64,000 bases of DNA from a virus (lineage: Duplodnaviria > Caudoviricetes): IMG/VR virus record IMGVR_UViG_2974621193_000001, positions 1 to 64,000 of that record; one strand, 5' to 3'. This document shows positions 47,328 to 56,513 of the stretch, one piece after another; position 1 is the first letter of the stretch; each line of letters begins with the position of its first letter. The notes beneath the pieces are model-generated. The model had not been told where the DNA came from. It saw nothing but the letters and a program-made list of their open reading frames with translations, and did no database searches. Made by a program: the position numbers and the translations under genes.

Positions 47328-47897
47328 CTAGGGGGTCCACTCGTTGTCGGCGATTTCTCCACCGCCGAGTTCACTCTTCAGCATGGCTTCCCATGCCTCC
47401 TGTCCAGCCGGTGAGAACAGTTCTTCGATCGGACAGATCGCTGTCTCCTTCGGCCGGAAGCCTTCGATGCTGTGGCGAATCTCGATCACCACATAGGGCC
47501 AAGTCGTGACCTCTTGGGACGATACGAGGCGCGACATGTTTTGGATGACGGCGCGATCGTTGGGCAGGAACACCCCCTGCAGGGCGTCCTCCGTTCCCTT
47601 TTGCATATTGGTCACATCGGCCCAATTGCGGGTTGAAGTTCCAGTCCGCGTCTTGTATTGAGTGCGCTGTCGGCTGAACGAGTACCGGATTGAGTAGTAC
47701 GGACCCGGCAGAATCTCGGCATCTCCGGCCGTCAGCTCCGCGACGAGAGCCTCCTGGTAGGCCTTCAGCGTTTTGTTCGGCGTCACCTTGGGCCAGGGCT
47801 TGCGACCCTTGGTGATGACCTGAACATCGCCCATTGCCCACGGCTCGGGGTTGAGGTTCAGCGCAGCTGCGACCACATTCGGGTAGACCTCAGACAC
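47328..47897 (-). CDS. rusA: RusA-like Holliday junction resolvase
   Basis: ADVTNMQKGTEDALQG...NDRAV catalytic pattern. Confidence 0.8.
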   Translation of the reverse strand: MSEVYPNVVAAALNLNPEPWAMGDVQVITKGRKPWPKVTPNKTLKAYQEALVAELTAGDAEILPGPYYSIRYSFSRQRTQYKTRTGTSTRNWADVTNMQKGTEDALQGVFLPNDRAVIQNMSRLVSSQEVTTWPYVVIEIRHSIEGFRPKETAICPIEELFSPAGQEAWEAMLKSELGGGEIADNEWTP

Positions 47898-48252
47898 GGG
47901 TGTCTCCGTAGCTGGTACGCATGAGCTTGAGTGCCTCGGTGATCTTCCATACACGCATGTTCAGGAAGATGGCGAGGTCGAGCTCGGTGCGCGCACCTCG
48001 TGATCCTCCCCAGCCAGGGATGAGTACGAGGTCACTGCACTCGATGAGTTCCTTGAGGTCGGCCCTGACGTAGTCCGTGTAGGGTAGACTGCCCGGTTCG
48101 CCCGGCAGCTCGCGTGCGATCTCAGCGGGACTCACGACAGTGTAGCCCTGACTGCGCAACTCCTTGGCGTAGAAGTCGAACGTAGAGAAGTTGTACCCCT
48201 CGATGCCGGTCATCGGCCCGGCGAGGTAGAACTTGCGCTGCAACTGAACCAT
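47890..48252 (-). CDS. DUF4406 / nucleoside deoxyribosyltransferase-like protein
   Basis: FYLAGPMTG..YN...F, VVSPAE, GWGGSRGARTE. Confidence 0.85.
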   Translation of the reverse strand: MVQLQRKFYLAGPMTGIEGYNFSTFDFYAKELRSQGYTVVSPAEIARELPGEPGSLPYTDYVRADLKELIECSDLVLIPGWGGSRGARTELDLAIFLNMRVWKITEALKLMRTSYGDTRV

Positions 48253-49385
48253 TACTTGTCGCCCCTGTCTTTTGGCATTTCAACGCGAGGCATAACGCAC
48301 GCCTCGAACCCTTCTTCCGCCGTGAACTTAACCATCGACGTGGTCTTAGAAGGATTGTAGTGCATGGTGAGGGTCTTGCCCGGCGCCTTGGAGACGACAT
48401 CGGTGAAGGTCTCGAGCGAGAACAGATACTTCAACGGGTCGTGGGTAGATTCCATCTCCAGCATCAGGGACTCTTCGATCTCCTCGGCGGAGTCGCGGTC
48501 CTTGATCGCGAGGGTCATCATGTCTCCGGCGATCCACACATCTAGGCCGATCTGCCTATCAGATGCGCCGATCTTTGACACCCTAGATAGTACACCGACG
48601 ATAGTTTCCTTGTCAAACGAACAAGACTCCTCGTGCTCCTTGTCCATCATCCGGCTGACCGGGTCGAACTTCTCCTCGAACAACGAGCACTTGATGTAGA
48701 TGTCCTCGGTTGGGGAGATGACGAGGTTTGGACCCAGTACACCCACCTCGCATTCCTCGAGTGTGCGCAGGATTGGGCCGATGAGGTGGTAAGGGATCAC
48801 CACATTGCTGCGCCCGTCTGCGAACTTGTAGTCGTTCGGCACTCGCATGGCGACCTTGCCGTTCGAGGAGCACAGGTACTCCTCGTCCATGTACAGGCCG
48901 GCCCTGGGTGGAAGGCCATCGGTGTTGACACCCCAGCCGATGAGGTCCATGCGAGCTCCGAGACCCTTCGTCGGGTACATTCCATCGGGATCGTACATGA
49001 ACTGCTCTTTGTCGGGGTAATCACCACCCTTGAGGAAGGGGGTGCTGGCCCTCATGCGCCCGCTGGTGATGCGCAGTCGGCCACCTTCGTCGATGAACTT
49101 GGACTGGCCCGACACCGGCAGGGCTGTCACGATGCCATGAGTCGAGATCGAGGACACCCGCCAGGTGGCCGGTGCATCGCACTCGATGGACACTGGGTAG
49201 AGGAACTCGGTGTAGTACAGCGAGCCGTTGGTTGTCCTAAGGGTGACGTACTCGTCGACAGGATTGACGTCGATAACGAAGCCCTTGAACAGATCGAAGT
49301 CCCGCCCGCGTGTCGGGGCTACGATGTTCGCACGCTTGAATGCATCTGCAAGCGTGGCGTTGTTGAACTCGATTGTGGTTCCCAC
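48252..49385 (-). CDS. dnaN: DNA polymerase III beta sliding clamp homologue
   Basis: 377 aa with three-domain clamp pattern; LRTTNG, GDYPD, SSNGKVA (TDGHRL-like), C-terminal VMPRV. Confidence 0.75.
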   Translation of the reverse strand: MGTTIEFNNATLADAFKRANIVAPTRGRDFDLFKGFVIDVNPVDEYVTLRTTNGSLYYTEFLYPVSIECDAPATWRVSSISTHGIVTALPVSGQSKFIDEGGRLRITSGRMRASTPFLKGGDYPDKEQFMYDPDGMYPTKGLGARMDLIGWGVNTDGLPPRAGLYMDEEYLCSSNGKVAMRVPNDYKFADGRSNVVIPYHLIGPILRTLEECEVGVLGPNLVISPTEDIYIKCSLFEEKFDPVSRMMDKEHEESCSFDKETIVGVLSRVSKIGASDRQIGLDVWIAGDMMTLAIKDRDSAEEIEESLMLEMESTHDPLKYLFSLETFTDVVSKAPGKTLTMHYNPSKTTSMVKFTAEEGFEACVMPRVEMPKDRGDK

Positions 49386-49386
49386 A

Positions 49387-49584
49387 TCACGCCCTTACTG
49401 ACAGGGTCACAGTCACCTGCGGCGAGCCTCCCCGGTCATCGGGCACCGAGCTGACGTCGACCTTGACTTCGTGCTCGTCGTCGAGTCCATGAATGAAGCT
49501 ATCGAGGTCGCCGATCGTGAGTCCGCGGTACTGAGGATGGTTGTTGCTGAACTTGATCTCGCGATAATTGCTTGTGAGTGCCAT
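49387..49584 (-). CDS. Hypothetical protein (65 aa)
   Basis: Tight operon spacing; GC3 bias. Confidence 0.65.
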   Translation of the reverse strand: MALTSNYREIKFSNNHPQYRGLTIGDLDSFIHGLDDEHEVKVDVSSVPDDRGGSPQVTVTLSVRA

Positions 49585-49585
49585 G

Positions 49586-50212
49586 TCAGGCCCCCGTCAG
49601 ATCAGCGCACGCAGCAGCCGGGCCGGTGATCCACTTCGCCATGCGGCGCTCCATGTCGATCGAGTGCATCAGGTCCTCGAGCGCACGGTGCCCTGGCTTG
49701 TCGTCGGGACTCTTGTACTTGGTGGGATCGTTGTCGATCTTCTTCCACAGCTCGGGCTGCGTTGCCTTGAGCCGCTCCATGTCCGAGCTCGAGTCGACCA
49801 CTCGGTAGTGGAAGTAATCGTTGAGCTTGGGCATCTTCTGCTCGAGGAACTTCCGGTCGAAGTGAACCGAGCTGCCCCACACCGGCAGGCCCTTGATCTG
49901 GAACCCGCTGATGGCACCGAGGATGCGCTCTTCGATCTCTTCGTACTCGCGGGTTGGGACGTTGCGCTCCATGAACCCGCGCAGCTTGGGGAACAGTCCG
50001 TTCTTGGTGTGCATCTCACGAACAGGCTTGACAAAGCTGTCGTCGGCCAGGCGAAGGACTACCTGCGGGGTGTAGAGAATGCCCGTCAGTGTCTTGCCCT
50101 CGACCGGAGTCCAGGTCGTCGTGTCCACCACCACGATGGCGAACTCGATGATCTCCTCGGTGACCGGATTCAGGCCGGTGGTCTCGAGGTCGATGAATAC
50201 TGCATTGCTCAT
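49586..50212 (-). CDS. orn: Oligoribonuclease (Orn)-like DEDDh exonuclease
   Basis: FIDLETTGLNP, GSSVHFDRKFL, FHYRVVDSSS, HRALED. Confidence 0.9.
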   Translation of the reverse strand: MSNAVFIDLETTGLNPVTEEIIEFAIVVVDTTTWTPVEGKTLTGILYTPQVVLRLADDSFVKPVREMHTKNGLFPKLRGFMERNVPTREYEEIEERILGAISGFQIKGLPVWGSSVHFDRKFLEQKMPKLNDYFHYRVVDSSSDMERLKATQPELWKKIDNDPTKYKSPDDKPGHRALEDLMHSIDMERRMAKWITGPAAACADLTGA

Positions 50213-50409
50213 TGGGTCTCCTTCTCTCGGCTGATGATGTAGTTGTGCACGTCCTGACGTGGGATCAGGTACCCCTTGCCCGGACGGTGAGCGTTCGGGA
50301 ACTTCCCCGCCTTCACCAACTCCCGAACGTGGTTGACTGTTACCAGCAGGATCGCCGCCACCTGGTCGGTCGTCAGGTTGTCGTTCTCTGGCGCGATGTT
50401 CACGGTCAC
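50209..50409 (-). CDS. Helix-turn-helix DNA-binding protein (excisionase/MerR-like)
   Basis: LTTDQVAAIL..T...V..L...GKFP...G..Y.IP. Confidence 0.85.
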   Translation of the reverse strand: MTVNIAPENDNLTTDQVAAILLVTVNHVRELVKAGKFPNAHRPGKGYLIPRQDVHNYIISREKETQ

Positions 50410-50671
50410 TTCTTTCGTAGTATCTGTCTATCAGGGCAGATTCCTTGATGTCGCTCTCAGCAAGGACTTCTATTTGATCCACACAGTTCTCGCATATAGA
50501 TCGAGTCCTTATTTGAGACGGTGCATTCCTGTAGTGCCTGTCATACTCGATCCAGTATGTGAACTGAAATACACCTGCATGATATTCAATACGAGCTGGG
50601 GTTATCTCCGCGTACCGATCACGCGGAAACTTGCAACCCCTGCGTTTCCACGCGCAGCCCGCAGCCTTCAT
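50410..50671 (-). CDS. AT-rich Cys-containing ORF segment reading through without a stop into the orn frame
   Basis: ATGA overlap at 50671; no stop until 49586. Confidence 0.4.
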
Positions 50672-50952
50672 GCCCCCGCATGAACGCGCTGCATGATGGC
50701 GTTGAGGTCGCCAATCAGTCCGTCAACCGCCTCGACGGTAGCCTTGTGAGCCTGGTACGTCTCTGTTGCTTGGTTGATCTTCACGGCCGACTGGCTGTTC
50801 TTGGTGACATCGGCAAGCTGGGCCTTGGAGACCGCCAACTGTGCACGGCTGTCTACAGCCAGGTCTATGAGGCGCTGCTCGAAGAGGTCGAGCACCCGCT
50901 TGTTGCGGTCCTCGAACAGCTTTCCTACGTTGACCAGTACAGTACGAATCAC
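50668..50952 (-). CDS. Hypothetical coiled-coil protein (94 aa)
   Basis: GTGA overlap with helicase stop. Confidence 0.65.
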   Translation of the reverse strand: MIRTVLVNVGKLFEDRNKRVLDLFEQRLIDLAVDSRAQLAVSKAQLADVTKNSQSAVKINQATETYQAHKATVEAVDGLIGDLNAIMQRVHAGA

Positions 50953-52517
50953 AGTGTGCCCTCCAGTGCATCGTTGAGCTTCTCCATGAAGCTCGCGTCC
51001 ACGGAACCCTTGGCTCCGTTGCGAATGATAGTATCGAACGAGAACTCTTTGTCTTTGATGATCTGTTCGACACGGTACTCGGCGGAGTTCTTCACCATGT
51101 AGTCGAACACCTGGATCGAAGGGTGATGCTCCGATCCGACTCGGCGCATACGGCCAACACACTGGTCATTCAAGCCGGGGCTGAACTCTTTGCCGATGAA
51201 CTGCCCGTGATTAGCAGCAGTCATGTTCAGGCCCACGCCCATAGCCTTGATGATCCCGATGATGACTCCCGGCTCCTTGTCTGCCGTCCAGTCCTTCACA
51301 ACCTGCTGGCGCTTGTCCTTGTTGACCTTGCCATGAATCTGGTAGACCGGCGTGCCGGGTCGAGCCTCCTCGAGGCGCCGCATGTAAGCGGTGATGATCG
51401 GCATGAACTGGGTGAACACAATGAGCTTGTGTCCGTTGTCCAGTATCTCGCACGCATCCTTGATGGCGAGGTCCAGCTTCGGAGACTCATCCCAGTCGGG
51501 CAGCAGTGTGCATGTGGATGCACAGATCTGACGCAGTCGCAGCTGCCGAACCATCGGCCACTCGAGCGCCTCCTCCTGCTCGTCGGTGAAGGCGGGCACG
51601 TACTTCTGCAGCTTGTGTTCGGTCGCCAGGTAGTTGTACATCTCACGAGGCTTGTCGATCAGCGAGACCATGCGCTTGATGACGTTGACCTCGGGCAGGT
51701 CGATCACGTTGTCGATCTCGCGGCGCAGCATGACTTGCGATAGGCGTGCTGCAAGCTGGCGCTCGTTCTTGACTGCGGTGACCTGCTTGCCGTTGAACCC
51801 ACCGAGCACACAGTACTTCGCCTTGAACCCAGCGAAGGTGCCCCACTGTCCTGGGGTAACCCAGTCGAGCAGGGTCCACAGGTCGTCGACCTGGTTGGTC
51901 ATCGGCGTGCCACTCATAGCGAGACGCCGGCCAGACGCTAGTTGACTGATGTTCTTGTAGGCATTGGTCTCGCGGTTCTTGATAATGTGCGCTTCGTCGG
52001 CCACGAGGTAGTCGATGTTCATGGAGTTGAGCTGCTGGATGTGGTCACCGAGAGCTTCGTAGTTGATGACCAGAATCTTATGGTTGTCGATCCGCTTGAA
52101 CTCTTCGATCTGCTTGAAGCGGTCGATGAGGTTGCCAGTCGCCACGATGTGTTCGAGCTTGGTAAACTTCACGATCTCGTCGGACCAGTTCATGCGCAGG
52201 GAGGCGGGCACCACTGCCACCATGAGGCACCGCTTGTTGGGGTCTTTCTTGACCGACGACCAGATGTGCATACCGAAGGTGAACAGCGCCTGGATCGTCT
52301 TGCCAAGGCCCATCTCGTCTCCGAGGATGGCGCCCTTCTTGTTCTTGAGCCAACGCACGCCCTCGTCCTGGTAGGGCTTGAGCTCGATCTCGGGGCGAAT
52401 CCAGTAGTCGAGTGAACCTCTACTGCGAGGGCCCTTCGTACCCGAGAGCGTGTTCAGTTTTTTCGCTGAACCTGCGCTCAAGGGTACTGACGAAGGGCGT
52501 TCGTTCACCGTTGTCAC
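50949..52517 (-). CDS. SNF2-family DNA helicase/ATPase
   Basis: LKPYQ, GDEMGLGKT, DEAH, SGTP, IVFTQF, GVGLNMT; likely GTG start at 52517 with SD GGGAG. Confidence 0.93.
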   Translation of the reverse strand: MTTVNERPSSVPLSAGSAKKLNTLSGTKGPRSRGSLDYWIRPEIELKPYQDEGVRWLKNKKGAILGDEMGLGKTIQALFTFGMHIWSSVKKDPNKRCLMVAVVPASLRMNWSDEIVKFTKLEHIVATGNLIDRFKQIEEFKRIDNHKILVINYEALGDHIQQLNSMNIDYLVADEAHIIKNRETNAYKNISQLASGRRLAMSGTPMTNQVDDLWTLLDWVTPGQWGTFAGFKAKYCVLGGFNGKQVTAVKNERQLAARLSQVMLRREIDNVIDLPEVNVIKRMVSLIDKPREMYNYLATEHKLQKYVPAFTDEQEEALEWPMVRQLRLRQICASTCTLLPDWDESPKLDLAIKDACEILDNGHKLIVFTQFMPIITAYMRRLEEARPGTPVYQIHGKVNKDKRQQVVKDWTADKEPGVIIGIIKAMGVGLNMTAANHGQFIGKEFSPGLNDQCVGRMRRVGSEHHPSIQVFDYMVKNSAEYRVEQIIKDKEFSFDTIIRNGAKGSVDASFMEKLNDALEGTL

Positions 52518-52743
52518 TGAGTATCTCCCACTTGATTGGAACTGATTCACCGAGATCGTTGGTGCCTTCGATGAACTCAATGCGACAGTCAGGGAAGTGC
52601 CGCTCGACCCAGTCGATGTAGGCGATTGCTTCGCTAACTGTTCGGGGGACAGAAGTGTTCCAGACTTCGAACAGACCTGCCTCACGATAGCGGTAGGCTT
52701 TGTAGGTTCTATCCGCTTCGGCTTCCCTAGGAACATATCTCAC
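52420..52743 (-). CDS. Hypothetical protein (107 aa) overlapping helicase 5' end
   Basis: GTGA overlap with upstream stop; GC3-biased codons in this frame. Confidence 0.65.
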   Translation of the reverse strand: MRYVPREAEADRTYKAYRYREAGLFEVWNTSVPRTVSEAIAYIDWVERHFPDCRIEFIEGTNDLGESVPIKWEILSDNGERTPFVSTLERRFSEKTEHALGYEGPSQ

Positions 52744-53402
52744 CCCCACTTCGCTTTGTTCTGACATCCCTTGCACCCCCCGTCACGCTCGACATGTTCC
52801 CTCATGTCCTCGACTGAGGCGTATGGCTTGGAGCAGCTCGCACACATCAGTGGCTGCTTGCCGTGCTTGATTCCTACCACGCCTTGTCCGACATCGTAGG
52901 TCCGAGTTTCCGAGACCATCTTCGGTTCCGGCGGCTTCGGTGGGATCGTCTCCTCTTCGGAGAACTCGCCCTCGAGCGGGCCGTTGAAGGCGGGCAGTAC
53001 CTCTGCTGCGTCCTCGACGGACGGCTCTTCGTCAGGCAGCTCGTCGATTGCCTTGACGATGTTGTCGAAGACGTGAGGGTCGGGCCTCTCCTCCTTGCCG
53101 CCCAGTCCGAGGGCTGCTTCGTAGGTCTGCCCGTCCACCATGCGGCCTCGGCGGTAGACGCGAGCGCCGACGATGATGCCCTGCAACTTGAAAGCGTATG
53201 CGGTCGCGCCGAGCTCGCCGATCAGGTCGTGCAGGAAGTCGAGCTGATCGTTGCCGAGCTCGTCGATGAACGAGCTGAATGCAGCGAGGTCGGCGTTGTG
53301 GCTCTCCTCCTTCTTGCGGGAGGCTTCCTCGTACTGCTTTTGCTGGAAGCGCTGGAATGCTAGCGCCTGTTGGAACTCTTCGGGAAAATCATTGTCGGGC
53401 AT
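52740..53402 (-). CDS. Hypothetical protein with C-terminal Cys/His motif (220 aa)
   Basis: SD GGAAGGA; CASC...H...CKGC. Confidence 0.75.
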   Translation of the reverse strand: MPDNDFPEEFQQALAFQRFQQKQYEEASRKKEESHNADLAAFSSFIDELGNDQLDFLHDLIGELGATAYAFKLQGIIVGARVYRRGRMVDGQTYEAALGLGGKEERPDPHVFDNIVKAIDELPDEEPSVEDAAEVLPAFNGPLEGEFSEEETIPPKPPEPKMVSETRTYDVGQGVVGIKHGKQPLMCASCSKPYASVEDMREHVERDGGCKGCQNKAKWG

Positions 53403-53425
53403 GTATCATCCTTCCTGTGGGCACC

Positions 53426-53467
53426 ATAGTAAGGGGCCGCATTTCCACAGCTGCGGCCCCTTACTAT
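53426..53467 (-). terminator. Stem-loop after SSB-like gene
   Basis: Perfect 16-bp inverted repeat 53426-53441/53452-53467. Confidence 0.65.
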
Positions 53468-53520
53468 CCTGGTCCCTTATGATCGTCGAGTGATTGGCAC
53501 TCTTTGCAGGGGAAGCACGA

Positions 53521-54600
53521 TCAGAAGGGGGGCTCTTCGTCCTCGTCGATCTGCACCGTACCGGCGGCGGGTGCCGTGTTCGAGAGGGGCTGGACCTTGC
53601 CCTTGGTGGAGATGACCTGCTCCTCGGGCTCCGGTTCCGGTTCCGGCTGGGCACGCTGCGCCTTCGGCGGCGTGGGCTGAGCCGGCTCAGGTGTCGGCGT
53701 GGGTGCCGGTTCCTGCTTCGGCTCTTCGGTCACCACGTCCGCGTCGATGACGTTGCCCTCGATGTCACCGTCAGGCACGGTGGCAGCTGCGGCCTCCCGG
53801 TCGTCGTCATCCCTCGGCATCGGGTACTGCAGCAGGAACCCCTGCGCCGACTTGAAGGAATCGAAGTAGTCCTGGTAGGACTCGGGATCGGTCTTGGCGA
53901 CCTTGGTGAAGATCGGCGTGCAGAACTTCACCATGCCACGCTTGTTCACGTCGAGCGTCAGCTTAGTTGCGACCGTGAAGATCGGGGTCTTCTTGGAGGC
54001 GAACGGCGTGACGTACTGACGAGCCGGCTTGATACCCGATCGGCGGATGGTGAACAGGGCGGGAACCCAGACGTCCGGGTCTTCAGGGTCCTGGTAGAGG
54101 AGAGGGAAGGTCCACTCCTCGGAGCACCAGGGCTTCTTGCCCGACGGGTCGGTGTTCCACTCCTTGAAGTGGCAGTCCTTGCATCCGATGCTGGGCATCG
54201 TGAGTAGGTTGCCCTCGGGGCCGATCTCCAGGGGCTTCGCGTCAGTCGGCGCGTAGACATCCTGCGCTTCCCAGGGGAACTGCTTGCTCGTGGGGAGCTC
54301 GGAGTCCATATTCGGGAAGCCGTTGCGCATGTCGGGTGACTTGCAGAGCGGCGGGTCCTGATCGTCGCCGTCGCTCATCTCGCCCCACATGATGCGGGAC
54401 TTGTGCAGACCGAGGAGGATCACGGTGAGCTCGGAGAAGAGCTCGTCGGTCTGACTGTTCTTGAATGCCGCCTCGGGATGGTCGATCGAGAGGCGGGGCA
54501 TCGTCAGGTCACTGGTGTCGAAGTCCTCGAGGCCGGTCTCCTGGCCGGACCACTCAACAACATCTGTACCCGTCGTCTGACTGGGCTGCAAAGAAGTCAT
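53521..54600 (-). CDS. Putative single-stranded DNA-binding/annealing protein
   Basis: GLEDF..DL..PRL.I, CKSPD..G, CKDC..KPWC; acidic tail ending DEDEEPPF like an SSB C-terminus. Confidence 0.6.
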   Translation of the reverse strand: MTSLQPSQTTGTDVVEWSGQETGLEDFDTSDLTMPRLSIDHPEAAFKNSQTDELFSELTVILLGLHKSRIMWGEMSDGDDQDPPLCKSPDMRNGFPNMDSELPTSKQFPWEAQDVYAPTDAKPLEIGPEGNLLTMPSIGCKDCHFKEWNTDPSGKKPWCSEEWTFPLLYQDPEDPDVWVPALFTIRRSGIKPARQYVTPFASKKTPIFTVATKLTLDVNKRGMVKFCTPIFTKVAKTDPESYQDYFDSFKSAQGFLLQYPMPRDDDDREAAAATVPDGDIEGNVIDADVVTEEPKQEPAPTPTPEPAQPTPPKAQRAQPEPEPEPEEQVISTKGKVQPLSNTAPAAGTVQIDEDEEPPF

Positions 54601-54678
54601 GTACGTTGACTCATTTCTTGTTGTTCTGCAGGTTCATCGGTTCGCTGTTTTGTCATCGGCATTACTACCGATCTCTAT

Positions 54679-54707
54679 ACATTACTACATATCGGGATCG
54701 TTGTCAA
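54679..54707 (-). promoter_or_regulatory. SigA-type promoter for SSB-like gene
   Basis: TTGACA-17-TAATGT. Confidence 0.8.
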
Positions 54708-55027
54708 CCGAATCTTTGCGGACGTTTACTTGCCATCAATCGTGCGTTGCGCTGTTCCGAGAAGTTGATCCTCTTCTCTCTGAGCCAGAGCTTGAAGTCC
54801 GTTTCGGCTACACGCCAGATAGGCTTCTCGTCTGGGGCCGATATGTTAATGACCCTGAGCCGGCCCTTCATGGAGCCGGTTGACCGGCCCATGAAGAACA
54901 GGACACGTTCCTCGAGGTACGACCGAGAACAGTCCAGCATCAGGGCCACCTGCTGCACCGTATAGAAGAACTCCCGCGCAGGGAAGTGCACCTCGGAGGT
55001 CATGATGTCCTCTTGGAACGAGTTCAT
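54704..55027 (-). CDS. Helix-turn-helix DNA-binding protein
   Basis: FYTVQQVALMLDCS...WRV...DF..WL pattern. Confidence 0.75.
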   Translation of the reverse strand: MNSFQEDIMTSEVHFPAREFFYTVQQVALMLDCSRSYLEERVLFFMGRSTGSMKGRLRVINISAPDEKPIWRVAETDFKLWLREKRINFSEQRNARLMASKRPQRFG

Positions 55028-55377
55028 CGGATGATCGCGGACTGGTCGGCGGTGCGGATTGGAGTCCAGTGACGACTGCGAATCTCATCCATGTGCACAC
55101 CCGCCTTGGTGACGCCGAACATGAGCGCATTGCAGTACGCTTTGATCTGCTCGGCCACCCAGGGGTTGACCAGCAGTGCGTACGCGCCGTGGCCTGTACG
55201 CTCCAGGCCATGCTCGTGCTGATCCTTCAGGTCCTTCATCATCTGGATGATGGAGGGCGGAGCAAACTGGCTGACCGTGTGATCTTCGAACCGCACGTAC
55301 ACATACTTGCAGTCGATGAAGGTCTCGGTGCCGCTCCACACCACATTCTCCGGCGGCAAGGGGATGGTCATGTTCAT
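55024..55377 (-). CDS. Hypothetical protein (117 aa)
   Basis: SD GGAGG before ATG 55377. Confidence 0.65.
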   Translation of the reverse strand: MNMTIPLPPENVVWSGTETFIDCKYVYVRFEDHTVSQFAPPSIIQMMKDLKDQHEHGLERTGHGAYALLVNPWVAEQIKAYCNALMFGVTKAGVHMDEIRSRHWTPIRTADQSAIIR

Positions 55378-55394
55378 TTCTTGGATACCTCCTA

Positions 55395-55661
55395 CTAGGT
55401 TATATACCTGGCTGCGTTCGAGGGTGTGGATGTGAACGCGATAGCCTTGTCGCGCGGCGTGCCACCGATCAGCCACTGAAAAGACTCAGGCGTGTCGGGG
55501 AGCAGTGCGTTCACCGAATCGACAGCCTGCTTGGGGCTGTCGAATGAGCCGACAGATTCGGCCCGTCCGTTGCCATTTGCATCAGTGATACGCCAGTACC
55601 AGCGATGAGCTGCGGGTCGGCTATAGGTGCCACCCCGCTCAATCCGTACTCTCCTCATCAT
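55395..55661 (-). CDS. YegP/DUF1508-like small protein
   Basis: WYWRITDANGNG.AES...F pattern. Confidence 0.55.
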   Translation of the reverse strand: MMRRVRIERGGTYSRPAAHRWYWRITDANGNGRAESVGSFDSPKQAVDSVNALLPDTPESFQWLIGGTPRDKAIAFTSTPSNAARYIT

Positions 55662-55746
55662 CCACCTCCCCTAACACCTTCCGCTGGAACTTGGGGTCCA
55701 GCGCGTTCTCGCACATCGAGCGGAACAGCTCGGCGTAGTCGCTCAT
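55639..55746 (-). CDS. Hypothetical protein (35 aa), not in ORF track
   Basis: ATGA overlap; MSDYAELFRSMCENALD... Confidence 0.45.
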   Translation of the reverse strand: MSDYAELFRSMCENALDPKFQRKVLGEVDDEESTD

Positions 55747-55877
55747 CGACCTGTCCTCTTCCGCTTGACCCGGCGCTTCTTCTTGTTCTTGTGGAACCGT
55801 TCCGCTCGCAGCTGGGTCTTGCGGTCCTCCTTCTCGATGCGCTTGATGTACTCATCGTAGTCGCCCTCGAAGCTCAT
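55743..55877 (-). CDS. Small basic hypothetical protein (44 aa)
   Basis: ATGA overlap; SD GAGG. Confidence 0.55.
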   Translation of the reverse strand: MSFEGDYDEYIKRIEKEDRKTQLRAERFHKNKKKRRVKRKRTGR

Positions 55878-56503
55878 GACCTCGCCTTTGCTTTCCGACG
55901 CAGCGCTTCGAGTCCGTCGCGCATACCCTCGACGGTGTAGTGCTGGAAGTACAGGGGCTTGCGATGAATCTTGGCGTAGCCGATGGTCTCCCAGCGATTG
56001 AACACTGCACCGATAGCTCCGGTGCTCGGTGGGTTGTCCGGGTTGATCAGCAGTGCGATCGCTTGCGGCGTCATGAGCTCGTCGAACTCGCCCATCATGG
56101 CTCGGTGGCACACGGCCTGCACCTCGGACTCCAGCTGTCCGCGTTGGCGCTGCCCGGTCGGCGTGCCGGTGTAGACGGGTGCCAATTCCAATAGGCCAGG
56201 AGCCGATTCGCTCGGACGTTCGCGGGGCACGCGGGTCGGTGCAACCCCCGACAATGAAGCACCCTCGAGTTCGACTATCGGCGTCAGGTACTCGGACATG
56301 TCAGGGTACTGATACGGCACATAGTTGGGGTTCTCATGGAGCCTTCGCTCCGTGTTCGCCATCTTGTACATGCGATCGAACTTGGCATGGCACTCGCAGT
56401 TGCACAGTTCGTGTGCGGTGCACACCTTCATCGGCTTGCCGGAGGGGCTCACTGGAGCGGTGCCCTCGCAGTGGCCGATGCCACAGAAACCAGTCTTATA
56501 CAC
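55874..56503 (-). CDS. Hypothetical protein, Cys-rich N-terminus, possible winged-helix C-terminus
   Basis: SD AAGGAG; PSTGAIGAVFNRW motif. Confidence 0.7.
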   Translation of the reverse strand: MYKTGFCGIGHCEGTAPVSPSGKPMKVCTAHELCNCECHAKFDRMYKMANTERRLHENPNYVPYQYPDMSEYLTPIVELEGASLSGVAPTRVPRERPSESAPGLLELAPVYTGTPTGQRQRGQLESEVQAVCHRAMMGEFDELMTPQAIALLINPDNPPSTGAIGAVFNRWETIGYAKIHRKPLYFQHYTVEGMRDGLEALRRKAKARS

Positions 56504-56513
56504 GGTACTCCTT

